This document shows, piece after piece, positions 28,779-39,925 of a stretch of 64,000 nucleotides of DNA; the stretch's first letter is position 1, and every line of letters begins with the position of its first letter. The notes below the pieces were generated by a model. That model saw only the letters and a list, made by a program, of their open reading frames with translations. It did not search any database and was not told the origin of the DNA. The translations under genes were made by a program, and so were the position numbers. Source of the DNA: an uncultured bacterium (GTDB taxonomy: Bacteria > Vulcanimicrobiota > Xenobia > Xenobiales > Xenobiaceae); contig CATXCY010000004.1 of the NCBI GenBank assembly GCA_958366945.1, positions 30,803-94,802 on the forward strand, given 5' to 3'.

Positions 28779-31700
28779 TTAACGACGCAATCTGCTCAAA
28801 AGAGATCTTATCTGTTTTTTCTCTTCAGCAGGAGCTAAACGTTCGGCACTTCTGTAAGCGTTGGCCGCTTCGTCAAGCTGTTGCAAACTACTGTAAGCTT
28901 TACCTAAATCTATATAGATACGCCAATCTTCAGGATCGGCTTCCGCTGCCTGTCGATAAGCCCAAGAAGCAGCTTCGTACTGACCTTGACGATAAAGCAC
29001 ACGCCCTTTGAGCCAGCCAAAATGACTAGCTAATTCTGGGAAATCTTCTGCCGCTTTACTAAAGACATCGACAGCATCCTGTAAACGACCACATTTACGG
29101 TAAGCCCGTCCCAATTGCTCAATAATAAGATGATTGCGCGGAGCTTCTTGACTAGCTTCAAGTAAAACTGACACAGCACTACTCCAGCGTTCCTGAGCGC
29201 CCAAAACATCTGCCTTAACCAGTAATAAAGGAGCATAGTGAGGAGCAGACTTGAGGCCATCTTCTACATTGGCTAAAGCTTTAGCATAATTTTTCTTGCT
29301 CAACCATACTTTAGCTAAGCCTATGCAAACTTCGGCATTATAGGGATCACGTGCCAAAATGGAAGAGAATATTTCCAAAGCCGACGCCGCGTAGCCCTGC
29401 GTTAAAAGGTTGCGACCAACACCCACATAAGCATTATAAACAAGTGCAAATCCGCTACTATCAGGAACAACGCTAAGGAAGCGACGGAAACAAAGTACAG
29501 CTTCATCATGACGTCCCTGAGTGTAATAAGCGCGGGCTAAAGGCAAGTTGAATAAGTACATATCGGGATCGCTGTCAATAGCGTTCTTAAATTCAATAAT
29601 TGCCAAATTGCTAAGCCCTTGGCCGGCCAAGGCCCTGCCAAGCATGCCTCTAGCTTGAGCATCATTAGGACGCAAAGCTAAACTGCTCTGTAATTGACGC
29701 ACAGCATCTTCGTAAGCCCCAAGTTCCAATAACATGATGCCCAAAGACTTAGGATAATCGGGATTGGTATAATCTAAGCGACAGGCTTTTACCAACTCAT
29801 TGATAGCGGGCTGATACTGGCCAGCGCAATAGTAAGCCATGGCTAGATCTTCACGATAAGCAGGATTTACCGGATGAGCTTCTACAGCTTTTTGGTACTG
29901 AGCCACAGAATCGGCATCGTAATGCTTTTTAAGATAGATACGACCCAAACGATTATAATTTTCGGCACAGGCAGGCTCAAGTTTCACAATTTGTTCGAAG
30001 TGATCCATGGCCTTTTCCAAAGAATTGCCTAAAATAAACACTTCACCCAAACGGCGATGTAAACTCAAACTGTTGGGGTGGAACTTTAAAGCTTGCTCTA
30101 AAGTTTTTACCGCTTCATTGAGCTGATTATGATGGCAGAATAAAGTAGAGAGCTTAATAGAAGCTTCTATGTGACCAGGCTCGTCTTCTAAAGCTTCACC
30201 CAATTCGTTGACAGCCTCTTGCTCTTTATTTTGGGCCATGTAAAGCGCGGCCCAATCAGTATGTACTCCAGCGTCGACGTGTATGCCAATTTGTAAAGCT
30301 TTTTCCAAAATAGCTTGCGCTTTAGAATTTTCGCCCAATTGCAAACAGACATTGGCCCAAAAGCTGTAAACACCACCATTTTGAGGTTGAGATGCACAGG
30401 CTCTCTCCAAGCAAGCCAAAGCTTCATTACAACGATTTTGAGTGACCAAGAACAAAGCCAGCTGATAGTTGACTTGGAAATCTTGCGGAGTTTGTTCCAG
30501 AGCTACGCAATATTGCTCGAAAGCTACTTCCGGACGATTTTGAGCAAAATATAAGAAAGCCAATCTGCAACGCAAGATATGGTCATATTCGCAGCGATCC
30601 AAAGCTTTATGCAAAGCAGAGATCACTAAATCTGGTTGCTCAGTTCTGGAGAAGAAATCGGCTAAAGCTACGTAAGGTTCGTGGCTATCAGGAGCGGCCT
30701 GGATGGCTTGCTCGATAAGTGAACGCGAACTACCGTAATCGCCAAGTTCCAAACGAGCGCGACCTAAACCAAGAAGGCCAAGCACACTATTGGGCTCACG
30801 AGCTAGTACTAAGCTAAATTCTGAAGCAGCTTCCTGGAAACGAGCCTCTTTCAAAGCATTTAATCCAGATAGGATTATGGATTCGCTGTCGCGCTCGGTT
30901 ACTTCTTCAACAGCTTTAGGCACAAGCATAGGCACACGCTCTGCTGCCGAAGGGGCTTTATCTTCGACGTTGGCCATCCAGGCATTGGACGCGACGGCCG
31001 CGCCGCTGCCTCCTACAAAGCGTCGAGAATTGAGAGAGCCACCCTCGGTCTTTTCGGCAACCGAAGAAGACTGTTCCGGCTCGGCCCAAGCCGAGGCAAC
31101 AGGCGGGGTGGCGTTGGAAACGGCAGGAGCCGGTTTTATTTCGGGAATCGGAATTTTGACCGGCTCAGAGGCAGCATTTTTCGAAGTAGTATCGGGCAGC
31201 GGCGCGGCAACGCTTGTTTCGTTGATAACTTTGCGCAAAGCGGGCCCAGGAGGTGGCATAACAGGCTTGGCAGGCGCTTCGGCTTGCACAGCTTTAGCCT
31301 GTTCCTGCGATTCGTAAGAAGCAACTGAAGTGCGAAAAGCCGCTTCTCCTCCGATAGTGACTACTCCGGCAGGCCTCTTCCTGGCTTGCTCATGCTGACG
31401 AGCCACATCTGCTTCGTAATCGGCAGCAGAATTTATAACTACAGCAGGCCTAGACTGTCCACGCAGCACACGCGAAGAAGAAGCGGCCGTCTGAAAAGCA
31501 GAGCGCCTGTCTGAAGACGCAGCAGGAACAGGCTGTGCCGCAACAGGAGCGGCTTGTACAGTTTCAGCTAAATGGCTCTGCCCTATGGGAAGACGTCTAA
31601 TACTAGAAGGATCGGGCAGCCGCTTAGGGCTAGCTTCAGTTGGAGCAGAAGCGCCTGCAGCAGAATCAGCGGTGCTGACTTTCGAGACATTGAAACGCGC

Positions 31701-32618
31701 CGAAGAAGGAGCTGGCAAACGAGAAGGAGTTTTGGTTCCGCTTAGTTTGCCCACAGAAGGCACACTGACACTGGAGGACGACGCGGAAGAAACAGCCTCA
31801 TGTTTGAGACAAGCGTCGAAGCTTTCGATCATGTCAGCAACGCTAGCAAAGCGGTCTTCGACCTTTTTGCGCAAAGAACGCAGCACTAAAGTTTCTAGCC
31901 CAGGGGAAATGTTCTTATTATAAAGGCGCGGCGAGGGAGCCGGCTCTTCCGCTACTTTGCGGAACATTTCTAAAGGGTTGCTGGCACTAAAAGGCCAACG
32001 ACCGGTGATAAGTTCAAAAAGGATAACGCCTAAAGAATATATATCGGTACGTTCGTCGGTAAGCTTACCCACTGCTTGCTCGGGAGAGACGTAGGCTGCA
32101 GTTCCCATAACCTGACCGACTTCTGTCAAGGAATGCTGGCCAGCGAAGAAAGCCAAACCGAAATCCATTACTTTAACCTGTCCGGTTTTGCTTACCATAA
32201 TATTATCAGGCTTCAAATCGCGATGGATGACGCCATTTTCATGTGCGTAGCGTACCGCTTCTAATACTTGGCGGAAAATTTTCAGGCGTTGGCGAAGTTG
32301 CTCATTGGTAGGTACTTCCTCATATTCAATCATATCGCTTAAGGAACTACCTTCAACATATTCCATAACGATAAAATGGATATCGTCAACTTGACCTATA
32401 TCGTGAATTTTAACAATATAAGGACTGTCTAAACGAGCTGCTGTTTTAGCTTCACGTAAAAAACGCTCAATAGACTTGGGGTTCATCTTTTTGGGAGGAA
32501 GAACTTTTATAGCTACTTGACGTTCTAGAACGGGATCTTCTCCGCGGTAAACTACGCCCATACCGCCTCTACCCAATTCTTCGATAACTTTATAGCGCCC
32601 AATATAGATGGTACCCAT
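28779..32618 (-). CDS. Ser/Thr protein kinase with a long C-terminal TPR-repeat region
   Basis: Hanks kinase subdomains (GRGGMGVVY, AIK, HRDLKPDN, DFGLA, APE), a Pro/Ala/Ser-rich linker, then more than 15 TPR-like repeats. Confidence 0.85.
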   Translation of the reverse strand: MGTIYIGRYKVIEELGRGGMGVVYRGEDPVLERQVAIKVLPPKKMNPKSIERFLREAKTAARLDSPYIVKIHDIGQVDDIHFIVMEYVEGSSLSDMIEYEEVPTNEQLRQRLKIFRQVLEAVRYAHENGVIHRDLKPDNIMVSKTGQVKVMDFGLAFFAGQHSLTEVGQVMGTAAYVSPEQAVGKLTDERTDIYSLGVILFELITGRWPFSASNPLEMFRKVAEEPAPSPRLYNKNISPGLETLVLRSLRKKVEDRFASVADMIESFDACLKHEAVSSASSSSVSVPSVGKLSGTKTPSRLPAPSSARFNVSKVSTADSAAGASAPTEASPKRLPDPSSIRRLPIGQSHLAETVQAAPVAAQPVPAASSDRRSAFQTAASSSRVLRGQSRPAVVINSAADYEADVARQHEQARKRPAGVVTIGGEAAFRTSVASYESQEQAKAVQAEAPAKPVMPPPGPALRKVINETSVAAPLPDTTSKNAASEPVKIPIPEIKPAPAVSNATPPVASAWAEPEQSSSVAEKTEGGSLNSRRFVGGSGAAVASNAWMANVEDKAPSAAERVPMLVPKAVEEVTERDSESIILSGLNALKEARFQEAASEFSLVLAREPNSVLGLLGLGRARLELGDYGSSRSLIEQAIQAAPDSHEPYVALADFFSRTEQPDLVISALHKALDRCEYDHILRCRLAFLYFAQNRPEVAFEQYCVALEQTPQDFQVNYQLALFLVTQNRCNEALACLERACASQPQNGGVYSFWANVCLQLGENSKAQAILEKALQIGIHVDAGVHTDWAALYMAQNKEQEAVNELGEALEDEPGHIEASIKLSTLFCHHNQLNEAVKTLEQALKFHPNSLSLHRRLGEVFILGNSLEKAMDHFEQIVKLEPACAENYNRLGRIYLKKHYDADSVAQYQKAVEAHPVNPAYREDLAMAYYCAGQYQPAINELVKACRLDYTNPDYPKSLGIMLLELGAYEDAVRQLQSSLALRPNDAQARGMLGRALAGQGLSNLAIIEFKNAIDSDPDMYLFNLPLARAYYTQGRHDEAVLCFRRFLSVVPDSSGFALVYNAYVGVGRNLLTQGYAASALEIFSSILARDPYNAEVCIGLAKVWLSKKNYAKALANVEDGLKSAPHYAPLLLVKADVLGAQERWSSAVSVLLEASQEAPRNHLIIEQLGRAYRKCGRLQDAVDVFSKAAEDFPELASHFGWLKGRVLYRQGQYEAASWAYRQAAEADPEDWRIYIDLGKAYSSLQQLDEAANAYRSAERLAPAEEKKQIRSLLSRLRR

Positions 32619-32654
32619 TAGGTCAGCAACCTCATAATATACTCAAAGCGTCGA

Positions 32655-34169
32655 TTAAGACGCCACATCTCGCGAAAGCCGATCTTTCACCCAGGAAAGA
32701 GCCTCTTCTTCGGACATACTACGCAAACTGCACTCCTCAGCCAATTCGCGAAGAATTTTTCCTAGTCCCGGACCGGGCTCGATTCCCAATTTTCTCTGCA
32801 GCAAACAGCCGTCTATCGGAACAAGAGGCTTAGAAAGCGTTCCACCCTTTAAATAATCAAGCAATAAACAATCCAAGTAAAGGGCCCAAGAAGCATATTT
32901 GCCAGCCGAAAAAGCTCCCCCTCGGTTATTCTCCATTTGTGCTTTCTTGCCTGCCCCAACAAAAGTTGCCTTAGCACTGGCACCTTTTGTGATAGAAAAA
33001 GTCTTAATTAAAGATGAAAGCCAAATTCCATTTACAGATGCAATTATAAAAAAATACTTTACTTTGCCAAAAAATCGATAAAATTCGCGTCTATCAGGCG
33101 GTTTAATCAAGAGTTTGGCCAATTCCTCAGAAGCGGTCTTCGTCTCCCTAATAACTTGCGACTCTGCTCCCGATAACTTAAAGCGATTATTTTGAGGAGT
33201 AAGCAAATCGAATTTAGCTAAAAAAGCCAACTTCAATAAAGATAAATAATTTCGTCCGCCCTTGGGACTCTCTTCGAGTTTACTTTGTAAAAGACGTCCA
33301 CTATGTTTGAAAAGAGGCCAAGCTAATTTTTGCTGCTCTTCTAATCCAGTAAGCAACTCCCAACAAGATAATGCTGTCTCAGGGAAGATTCGCTTGGAAT
33401 CCCATTCCTGATCTAAAAAACTGTCTAAAGCTGTTCTTTGCAATTGCAACTTACGATCTGCTAGAGTTTGATTTAATATAATAGATAGTTCGGCAGCAAT
33501 ACGCTCACCAGCTATATTTTTTAAACCACTGCGCAAGAAATGGGCAATTTTGCTTTCCAATTGAGCGTCGATAGTTAAAGAATGTGCCAAACAAAAACGC
33601 ACTGCTCGCAAAGCTCTCAGAGGATCATTGGTCAAACTGTGCGGAGAAACAATGGCCAATTTATGGTTTCCAATATCTGCCAAACCTGAACCTACATCGT
33701 ACAAGGCACCGTCTTTGAGACTATACGCTAAAGCATTTACTGTAAAATCACGCTCTTGCAAATCCTCTAAAATATTTTTTCCTTGTCTAGTACAAAAATC
33801 TATTTCGACATTTATCTGAGTGAAGACAGCTCTATAAAAGCCACGCTCTTTATCTAAAACTACCCAAGATGCTTTGGCAAAATCACAGAATTGGCGTGAA
33901 AGTAAGCGCACTTCATTAGGATCGTTGCAATCTACAAGCAAGTCCCAATCTTTTACCGGCTTCATCAAAGCTAAATTGCGTAAAGCTCCGCCTACAATAA
34001 AGATATTTCGCTCTGTACAAACTCGCAAATATTGCCAATAAGGCGATAAGGCGCCTTCTAAACATTCTTTTATTGCTTGGAACAAATGTCGGCCCAATAG
34101 GCGCAAACTGTCACTAAAATGAGAATAACGAGGCTCAACAAGGAAATCTGTAAGGTAATATTTACTCAT
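32655..34169 (-). CDS. Poly(A) polymerase / CCA-adding tRNA nucleotidyltransferase family protein
   Basis: GGALRNLALMKPVKDWDLLVD head motif (the GGxVRD...DxD nucleotidyltransferase signature). Confidence 0.6.
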   Translation of the reverse strand: MSKYYLTDFLVEPRYSHFSDSLRLLGRHLFQAIKECLEGALSPYWQYLRVCTERNIFIVGGALRNLALMKPVKDWDLLVDCNDPNEVRLLSRQFCDFAKASWVVLDKERGFYRAVFTQINVEIDFCTRQGKNILEDLQERDFTVNALAYSLKDGALYDVGSGLADIGNHKLAIVSPHSLTNDPLRALRAVRFCLAHSLTIDAQLESKIAHFLRSGLKNIAGERIAAELSIILNQTLADRKLQLQRTALDSFLDQEWDSKRIFPETALSCWELLTGLEEQQKLAWPLFKHSGRLLQSKLEESPKGGRNYLSLLKLAFLAKFDLLTPQNNRFKLSGAESQVIRETKTASEELAKLLIKPPDRREFYRFFGKVKYFFIIASVNGIWLSSLIKTFSITKGASAKATFVGAGKKAQMENNRGGAFSAGKYASWALYLDCLLLDYLKGGTLSKPLVPIDGCLLQRKLGIEPGPGLGKILRELAEECSLRSMSEEEALSWVKDRLSRDVAS

Positions 34170-34174
34170 TCAAC

Positions 34175-35929
34175 TTACCTAATAACAGCGTTTTCAAAAT
34201 GAAGAACGCCCCAACGATCGGAATCTAAACCATATATATTTTTTTGGCAAGCATGCACTAGATCTGTCCAACAGATGCTAAATTCCATACCGTCATTGTC
34301 CAATTTGGCTCTTACGGCCTTATAACAATCAAGGCGTTCTCGTCTATTTTCTGTAGAACGAGCAGCCTCTAAAAGGCGTAAAATACGCTGACTAGAGTAA
34401 TTATAAATATTATATTCGTCATGTACTCCACCAGGATCGGCAAACATTCTATTAGCTTCCAAGCTGGGATCACAAGCGGAAACTTCTTCGGCCAGCAAGC
34501 ACAAATCATATAAATTGCTGGACAAACTACGTCTATACTCTTCCGGAGCAGCCCCATACAACTCAATATTTAGCCCTGCACTATTTAAACAGGAAGCTAA
34601 AAATTCAGCAGTAGGCTCCAAATCAGCAGCTGCATAAGCATTTCGACAATAAAGTAAAGTAAGTTTGCCAAATTCACTACCGTTGCCATACATACGTCCA
34701 AATATACGTTTAGCTTTAACGGTACTGTATTCAGGTTGCAATTTTGAAGGTACTTGAGCCCAACTTAAGGGAGAAAAAAGTGTATGACAAACTTGTCCGC
34801 GTCCACCAAAGAAAAGTTGCAATACAGTCTTGCGAGGTACGGCAAAGCCTAAAGCTAAACGACCGCGAACGTCGTTAAAAGGGCGATGAGTACAATTGGG
34901 AATAAGAGACAACTTTGTTAAAGTTTGGGGCTTAATAAGTTGTAAGTCTTTATTTTTCTTTACTTTTTCGATCTTATCCGCTGGTAAAGTTAAAATTACA
35001 TCAACGTTGCCTCGTTCAAGCTCACGTACTCTACTCTGAGGATCAGGAATTACCATAAAGACAATTTCGTCTAAAACTGGTTTTCCACGCCAACACCCGG
35101 AGGTCGAGCGCAAAGTCAAACGCTGGCCAATTCTTCGTTCAATAATGGTAAAAGGGCCACTACCATACACTTTTTCACTGCCGTCAGCTCCTTTAGCGCA
35201 TACGGTAACAGCCATAGTCGGTGCGGCCATAAGCTCTAAAAAATCGGCACAAGGATAGTTTAAAACGAATTGCACCGTCTGTTCATTTAAACTTTTAACT
35301 TCAACCAGTACTGGATGCTCTCCATCGAAGTTGGCCCTAAAAAAAGCAAAGCGTCGATCTTTTCCCGAAATAAGGCGTTCTATCCAATTGACAACAATCT
35401 GAGCCGAAAGTTTTTCTCCATTATGAAAATATACTTCGGAGCGCAAATTGAAAGTCCAAATTTTTCTATCAGCCGAACTAGTCCAGCTTTTGGCTAAATT
35501 GGGCATGATTGTCCCGTCTTCGATCTTTACCAAAGTGTCAAAAACAGGAGAAAGAATTTGAGAAGAAAGAGAATTTGTATCTGCGGCAGGATCAAGATCA
35601 ACTAAGTCGCAGGGAATGGCCACAGTCAAGCACTTTCGGCTACCAGTAAGCCAAGTTTTATTTTCCTCTCGAGAGTCAAACCAACTGTAAAAGATAACCA
35701 TCAATATTCCGGCAGCCAGTAAGCAAAATGCTAGGAAACGCATTTTGCCGAAATTTGGACTGCTGACTACCTCTAACTCACGAGAAAGGAATTTTTGGCT
35801 TTCATTTTTTACATTTTCTGCCAAATCGATAATAGAGCTGTCTCTAACATCGTTCTTTTTGCTTCCAGTTTTTCCGGGGAAAAATTGGCATAAGTTATTT
35901 TTTTTCTTATTCTTTCCGCTACTAACCAT
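34175..35929 (-). CDS. ABC-transporter substrate-binding protein, family 5 (peptide/nickel type), membrane-anchored, orphan
   Basis: N-terminal TM anchor plus SBP_bac_5-like core; no permease or ATPase genes adjacent. Confidence 0.65.
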   Translation of the reverse strand: MVSSGKNKKKNNLCQFFPGKTGSKKNDVRDSSIIDLAENVKNESQKFLSRELEVVSSPNFGKMRFLAFCLLAAGILMVIFYSWFDSREENKTWLTGSRKCLTVAIPCDLVDLDPAADTNSLSSQILSPVFDTLVKIEDGTIMPNLAKSWTSSADRKIWTFNLRSEVYFHNGEKLSAQIVVNWIERLISGKDRRFAFFRANFDGEHPVLVEVKSLNEQTVQFVLNYPCADFLELMAAPTMAVTVCAKGADGSEKVYGSGPFTIIERRIGQRLTLRSTSGCWRGKPVLDEIVFMVIPDPQSRVRELERGNVDVILTLPADKIEKVKKNKDLQLIKPQTLTKLSLIPNCTHRPFNDVRGRLALGFAVPRKTVLQLFFGGRGQVCHTLFSPLSWAQVPSKLQPEYSTVKAKRIFGRMYGNGSEFGKLTLLYCRNAYAAADLEPTAEFLASCLNSAGLNIELYGAAPEEYRRSLSSNLYDLCLLAEEVSACDPSLEANRMFADPGGVHDEYNIYNYSSQRILRLLEAARSTENRRERLDCYKAVRAKLDNDGMEFSICWTDLVHACQKNIYGLDSDRWGVLHFENAVIR

Positions 35930-36762
35930 TATTGTCTATACAAACTGCGCAAAAGTTTTATTTCTTCGGCATAGCCAGGCAATTCATTGGGAGTTTCCAA
36001 ATAGAATGGTAATTCACGCAAATAGGGATGATTGATAATTTTGGCCATTGCCTCTATTCCCAGCTTACCTTGACCAATCTTAGCATGACGATCTTTGTGA
36101 GCTCCGCGCTCATTTAAGCTATCATTTAAGTGAATGGCTTTCAATCTCGATAAACCTAAAATTTTATCAAAACTTTCTAAAGTCTGATCTAAGCCGACGC
36201 TGACATCATAACCGCCATCCCAAACATGACAAGTATCTAGGCAAACGCCGAGCTTTTCCGGATATTTCGTTAAACTTATAATTTGTTCTAATTCTTCGAA
36301 AGAACGTCCCAACTCGGTACCTTTTCCGGCCATGGTTTCCAGAAGTATAAAACCAGGAAAATCTTCCGGAATAACATTATTAAGAGTATCGGCAATGGCA
36401 GCCAGACCTTCTTGCGGAGTACGCTTTAAATAGTTACCAGGATGGAAATTATACATAGCTCCATCTATTTTAGCGGTAAAATTCAAGTCTTCGCGTAAAA
36501 TTTCCCTAGTAAGTTCTTGCACATTTTCTTCTATTGAAGCTGGGTTGATGATGAAAGGACTGTGCACTAAAAGAGGCCCAAAATTTTGCTCTTTTATTAA
36601 AGAACAAAATTTTTCGATATCTTGCTCTTTAAAGCGCAGAGCTCCTTTGCCTCTAGGATTACGGCAAAAGAACTGAAAGACATTGGCTTCAATAGAAACC
36701 GCGTCTTTTATCATAGCGGTCAACCCTTTAGAGATAGATAAGTGGCAACCTATTTTAAACAT
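35929..36762 (-). CDS. nfo: Endonuclease IV (AP endonuclease)
   Basis: IGCHLSISKG N-terminus, AP_endonuc_2 TIM barrel, CLDTCH motif. Confidence 0.85.
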   Translation of the reverse strand: MFKIGCHLSISKGLTAMIKDAVSIEANVFQFFCRNPRGKGALRFKEQDIEKFCSLIKEQNFGPLLVHSPFIINPASIEENVQELTREILREDLNFTAKIDGAMYNFHPGNYLKRTPQEGLAAIADTLNNVIPEDFPGFILLETMAGKGTELGRSFEELEQIISLTKYPEKLGVCLDTCHVWDGGYDVSVGLDQTLESFDKILGLSRLKAIHLNDSLNERGAHKDRHAKIGQGKLGIEAMAKIINHPYLRELPFYLETPNELPGYAEEIKLLRSLYRQ

Positions 36763-36789
36763 TTTTCCGTCCTTTTTATACTGTTGTAG

Positions 36790-38304
36790 TTAACCTTGGG
36801 AAGAGCGCAAATGTTCCAGCCAAATTGCTAATTTTTTTTCGTAGCCCAACTGTCCAGGCTGATAAAATTGGCTGCCTTGCAAGGCGTCAGGCAAAAATTG
36901 TTGTTTGACATAATGGTTGGGATAATCGTGAGCATAACGATACCCCTTTGCGTAGCCCATATTTTTCATAAGTTTGGTAGGAGCATTGCGTAAATGTAAC
37001 GGCACAGGCTCACCAGGACTTTGACGCACAACCTGGGCGGCAGCCATGTAAGCATTGCCCACACTATTCGATTTAGGCGCCAAAGCCAAATACAAGGCAG
37101 CGTGAGCCAATGGGTAAAAACCTTCCGGCATACCGACAAAATGGACTGCTTGTTGTGCGGCCATAGCCACTACCAGCCCCTGAGAATCGGCTAAGCCAAC
37201 ATCTTCAGACGCTAAAATAACTAAACGCCTGGCTACAAATAGAGGATCTTCTCCAGCTTCCAAAAGGCGAACCAACCAATAAATAGCTCCGTCAGGATCG
37301 CTGCCGCGCACTGATTTTATCAGCGCCGAAATCGTATCATAATGGGATTCTCCTGCCCTATCATGGCGTAAGTTGGGCCGCCCCATAACTTCAGCAATAT
37401 GCGATTCAGTTAAAACGCGCTCTCCGTTGCTATTTGCCTCTAAAGAATTGACCGCTTCTTCCAAAATGTTGAGCGCTGTACGAGCGTCACCTGTACAAGC
37501 TCCAGCTAAAAGTTCTAACAACTCGTCGGAGGCTATAACATTAAAATTGCCTAAGCCACGCTCTTTATCATTTAGAGCTCGACGCAATAAAACAGTAATA
37601 TCTTGGGTGCTTAAAGCTGACAGTGTGAACACACGACAACGTGACAAAAGTGGCGCCACCACTTGGAAAGAAGGATTTTCGGTGGTGGCGCCCACCAAAA
37701 TGATGGATCCATCTTCTACATGTGGCAGAACGACGTCTTGTTGGGCCTTATTAAAGCGATGGATTTCATCCAAAAAGACAATAGTGCGCCGTTTCATAAG
37801 ACGCCAGCGCTCTTTAGCTTCAGCCACTATACGGCGTACTTCTCCTACTCCAGCAGTAACAGCCGACATAGGTATAAAAGTAGCCTTAGCTCCAGCAGTT
37901 AAAAGCCTAGCCAAACTGGTTTTGCCTGTGCCAGGTGGTCCCCATAAAATCATGGAAGGCAAAGAGCCAGACTCCAACAAACGGCGCAATACTCGCCCAG
38001 GCCCAACTAAATGTTTCTGCCCTACATATTCATCTAAAGTGCGCGGCCTCATACGAGCAGAAAGCGGAACAGAGAAATCGGTCTCTGAGCTCTGGACTTC
38101 AAAGTGAGCTTCTTGAGTCTCATTGGCGGTAGCTCTCTTTTCGTTTTCAGCTTGCAATTGCGCCAAGGGGCGAGCAGCAACTTCTTCAACACCCGACCTC
38201 ACAAAATTATGGCGAAAAATAGGCGTCCTTGGCTTATTCGATTCTTTAGGCAAATCAGCTTCATTGGCAAATAAGCCACCTTGCAAGTCGGAATTTTTAG
38301 GCAT
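36790..38304 (-). CDS. rarA: Replication-associated recombination protein A (AAA+ MgsA/RarA) with an approx. 80-aa N-terminal extension
   Basis: MILWGPPGTGKTSLARLL Walker A, IVFLDEIHRFNKAQQD, MgsA C-terminal domain. Confidence 0.85.
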   Translation of the reverse strand: MPKNSDLQGGLFANEADLPKESNKPRTPIFRHNFVRSGVEEVAARPLAQLQAENEKRATANETQEAHFEVQSSETDFSVPLSARMRPRTLDEYVGQKHLVGPGRVLRRLLESGSLPSMILWGPPGTGKTSLARLLTAGAKATFIPMSAVTAGVGEVRRIVAEAKERWRLMKRRTIVFLDEIHRFNKAQQDVVLPHVEDGSIILVGATTENPSFQVVAPLLSRCRVFTLSALSTQDITVLLRRALNDKERGLGNFNVIASDELLELLAGACTGDARTALNILEEAVNSLEANSNGERVLTESHIAEVMGRPNLRHDRAGESHYDTISALIKSVRGSDPDGAIYWLVRLLEAGEDPLFVARRLVILASEDVGLADSQGLVVAMAAQQAVHFVGMPEGFYPLAHAALYLALAPKSNSVGNAYMAAAQVVRQSPGEPVPLHLRNAPTKLMKNMGYAKGYRYAHDYPNHYVKQQFLPDALQGSQFYQPGQLGYEKKLAIWLEHLRSSQG

Positions 38305-38493
38305 AGGGAGTTTTGCTCCTTTCTCAATAAAGCCATTCCTACTTTATACAAAAAAGCCGCCGAAGCTGGCTATCACATATCGCCGAACTCCGAAGGCTTT
38401 TCCACCAACGAAATATTTTAGCCTATCAACACACGCCCACCTATATTCACAATACTTCAAGAATGGAAAAATTAAGGCGAGAGCAAGTTAAGG

Positions 38494-39870
38494 TTAATTT
38501 TTCAAAGCCTGCAAAGGAGCCGGAATTCTGCCTCCGCGCTCGATAAACACCGAAGAGCTGTGCGGGTTGACGGCAATAATAGAAGCAGCACCCAAAAGAC
38601 CGCCATAATCGACCTTTTCGCCAGCTTTCTTACCTGGGATAGGCAAAATACGCACTGCTGTAGTTTTGCTATTTACCATACCTATAGCCATCTCGTCAGC
38701 CACAATACCAGAAATAGTAGAGGCCGGGGTATCACCAGGAATAGCAATCATATCTAAGCCAACAGAGCATACACAAGTCATGGCTTCCAACTTTTCTAAA
38801 GAGAGAGCACCGATTTGAGCGCAATAAGCCATTTCTTCATCTTCGGAAAGAGGAATAAAAGCGCCTGACAAACCGCCTACGTAAGAAGAAGCCATCGTGC
38901 CTCCCTTTTTGACGGCATCATTGAGCAAGGCCAAAGCAGCCGTAGTACCATGAGTTCCACAACGTTCGAGTCCCATAGCTTCCAAAACGTCGGCTACAGA
39001 ATCGCCACGCTCGGGAGTAGGAGCCAAAGACAAATCGAGGATGCCAAAGTTGACATTGAGGCGGCGCGAAACTTCTCTGCCAACCAATTCGCCCATACGA
39101 GTTATCTTGAAAGCGGTGCGCTTAACGGCTTCAGCAACTTTACCTAAGTCGGCCCCATGACCAAGACGTCTAATAGCGGCATTGACTACTCCAGGGCCGC
39201 TGATACCGACATTGATAGAGCATTCTGGCTCACCCACTCCGTGCATAGCGCCGGCAATAAATGGATTATCTTCCATCATATTGCAAAAGCAAACCAACTT
39301 ACAGCAAGGCAAACCTTCTAATTCAGGACGCATAAAAGCTGTTTTGAGAACGGTTTCGCCAAATAGCTTAACAGCATCCATGTTGATACCGGCTTTAGTA
39401 GAGCCTAAGGATACTGAAGCGCAAACTCTGTCGGTAGTGTTGAGGGCTTCCGGTATAGAATCGAAAAGGATACGATCCGAATTGGTAAAGCCTTTATGTA
39501 CCAGAGCGCTAAAACCGCCGATATAATCGACGCCTATTTCTTTGGCTGCTTTATCTACAGCCACAGCCAAAGGCACATATGAATCGGCTCCAGTAGAAGC
39601 ACCCAAAAGAGACAGAGGCGAAAGAGCAATACGCTTGTTTACAATAGGTACGCCAAACTCCTGAGACACTTGCTCCACCACAGGCACTAAGCGTTCGCCT
39701 ACGGTCAGGATCTTCTCGACGACCTTGTCGCAAGTTGTGCTCATAGAACCTGTAGCACAATCTTGTAAATTTAATCCCATAGTCACGGTACGCACGTCGA
39801 GATGTTCATTCTCAATCATGCGCAACGTATCAAAAACTTCATTAGCAGCTAGCCACATAGCGCCCGCCAT
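38494..39870 (-). CDS. UPF0210 (DUF711) family protein
   Basis: N-terminal [14 protein letters not shown], matching the UPF0210 signature (IRTITMGISLLDC). Confidence 0.65.
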   Translation of the reverse strand: MAGAMWLAANEVFDTLRMIENEHLDVRTVTMGLNLQDCATGSMSTTCDKVVEKILTVGERLVPVVEQVSQEFGVPIVNKRIALSPLSLLGASTGADSYVPLAVAVDKAAKEIGVDYIGGFSALVHKGFTNSDRILFDSIPEALNTTDRVCASVSLGSTKAGINMDAVKLFGETVLKTAFMRPELEGLPCCKLVCFCNMMEDNPFIAGAMHGVGEPECSINVGISGPGVVNAAIRRLGHGADLGKVAEAVKRTAFKITRMGELVGREVSRRLNVNFGILDLSLAPTPERGDSVADVLEAMGLERCGTHGTTAALALLNDAVKKGGTMASSYVGGLSGAFIPLSEDEEMAYCAQIGALSLEKLEAMTCVCSVGLDMIAIPGDTPASTISGIVADEMAIGMVNSKTTAVRILPIPGKKAGEKVDYGGLLGAASIIAVNPHSSSVFIERGGRIPAPLQALKN

Positions 39871-39925
39871 TTCGTGGAGTCTAAAGTCATTCCTGCCCCA
39901 AAAGATACCGCTCGTCGCGGTGAGC

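Noticed and set aside
30790-31317. 175-aa ORF antisense to the kinase-TPR linker region (and 27729-28262 antisense to the SPOR gene)
   Set aside because: Produced by the GC-rich, Ala/Ser/Pro-coding linker on the other strand; no independent support.
37373-38107. 244-aa ORF antisense to rarA (plus smaller ones at 37663 and 37935)
   Set aside because: Opposite-strand shadow ORFs of a strongly supported AAA+ gene; Arg/Ser-rich composition typical of antisense frames.
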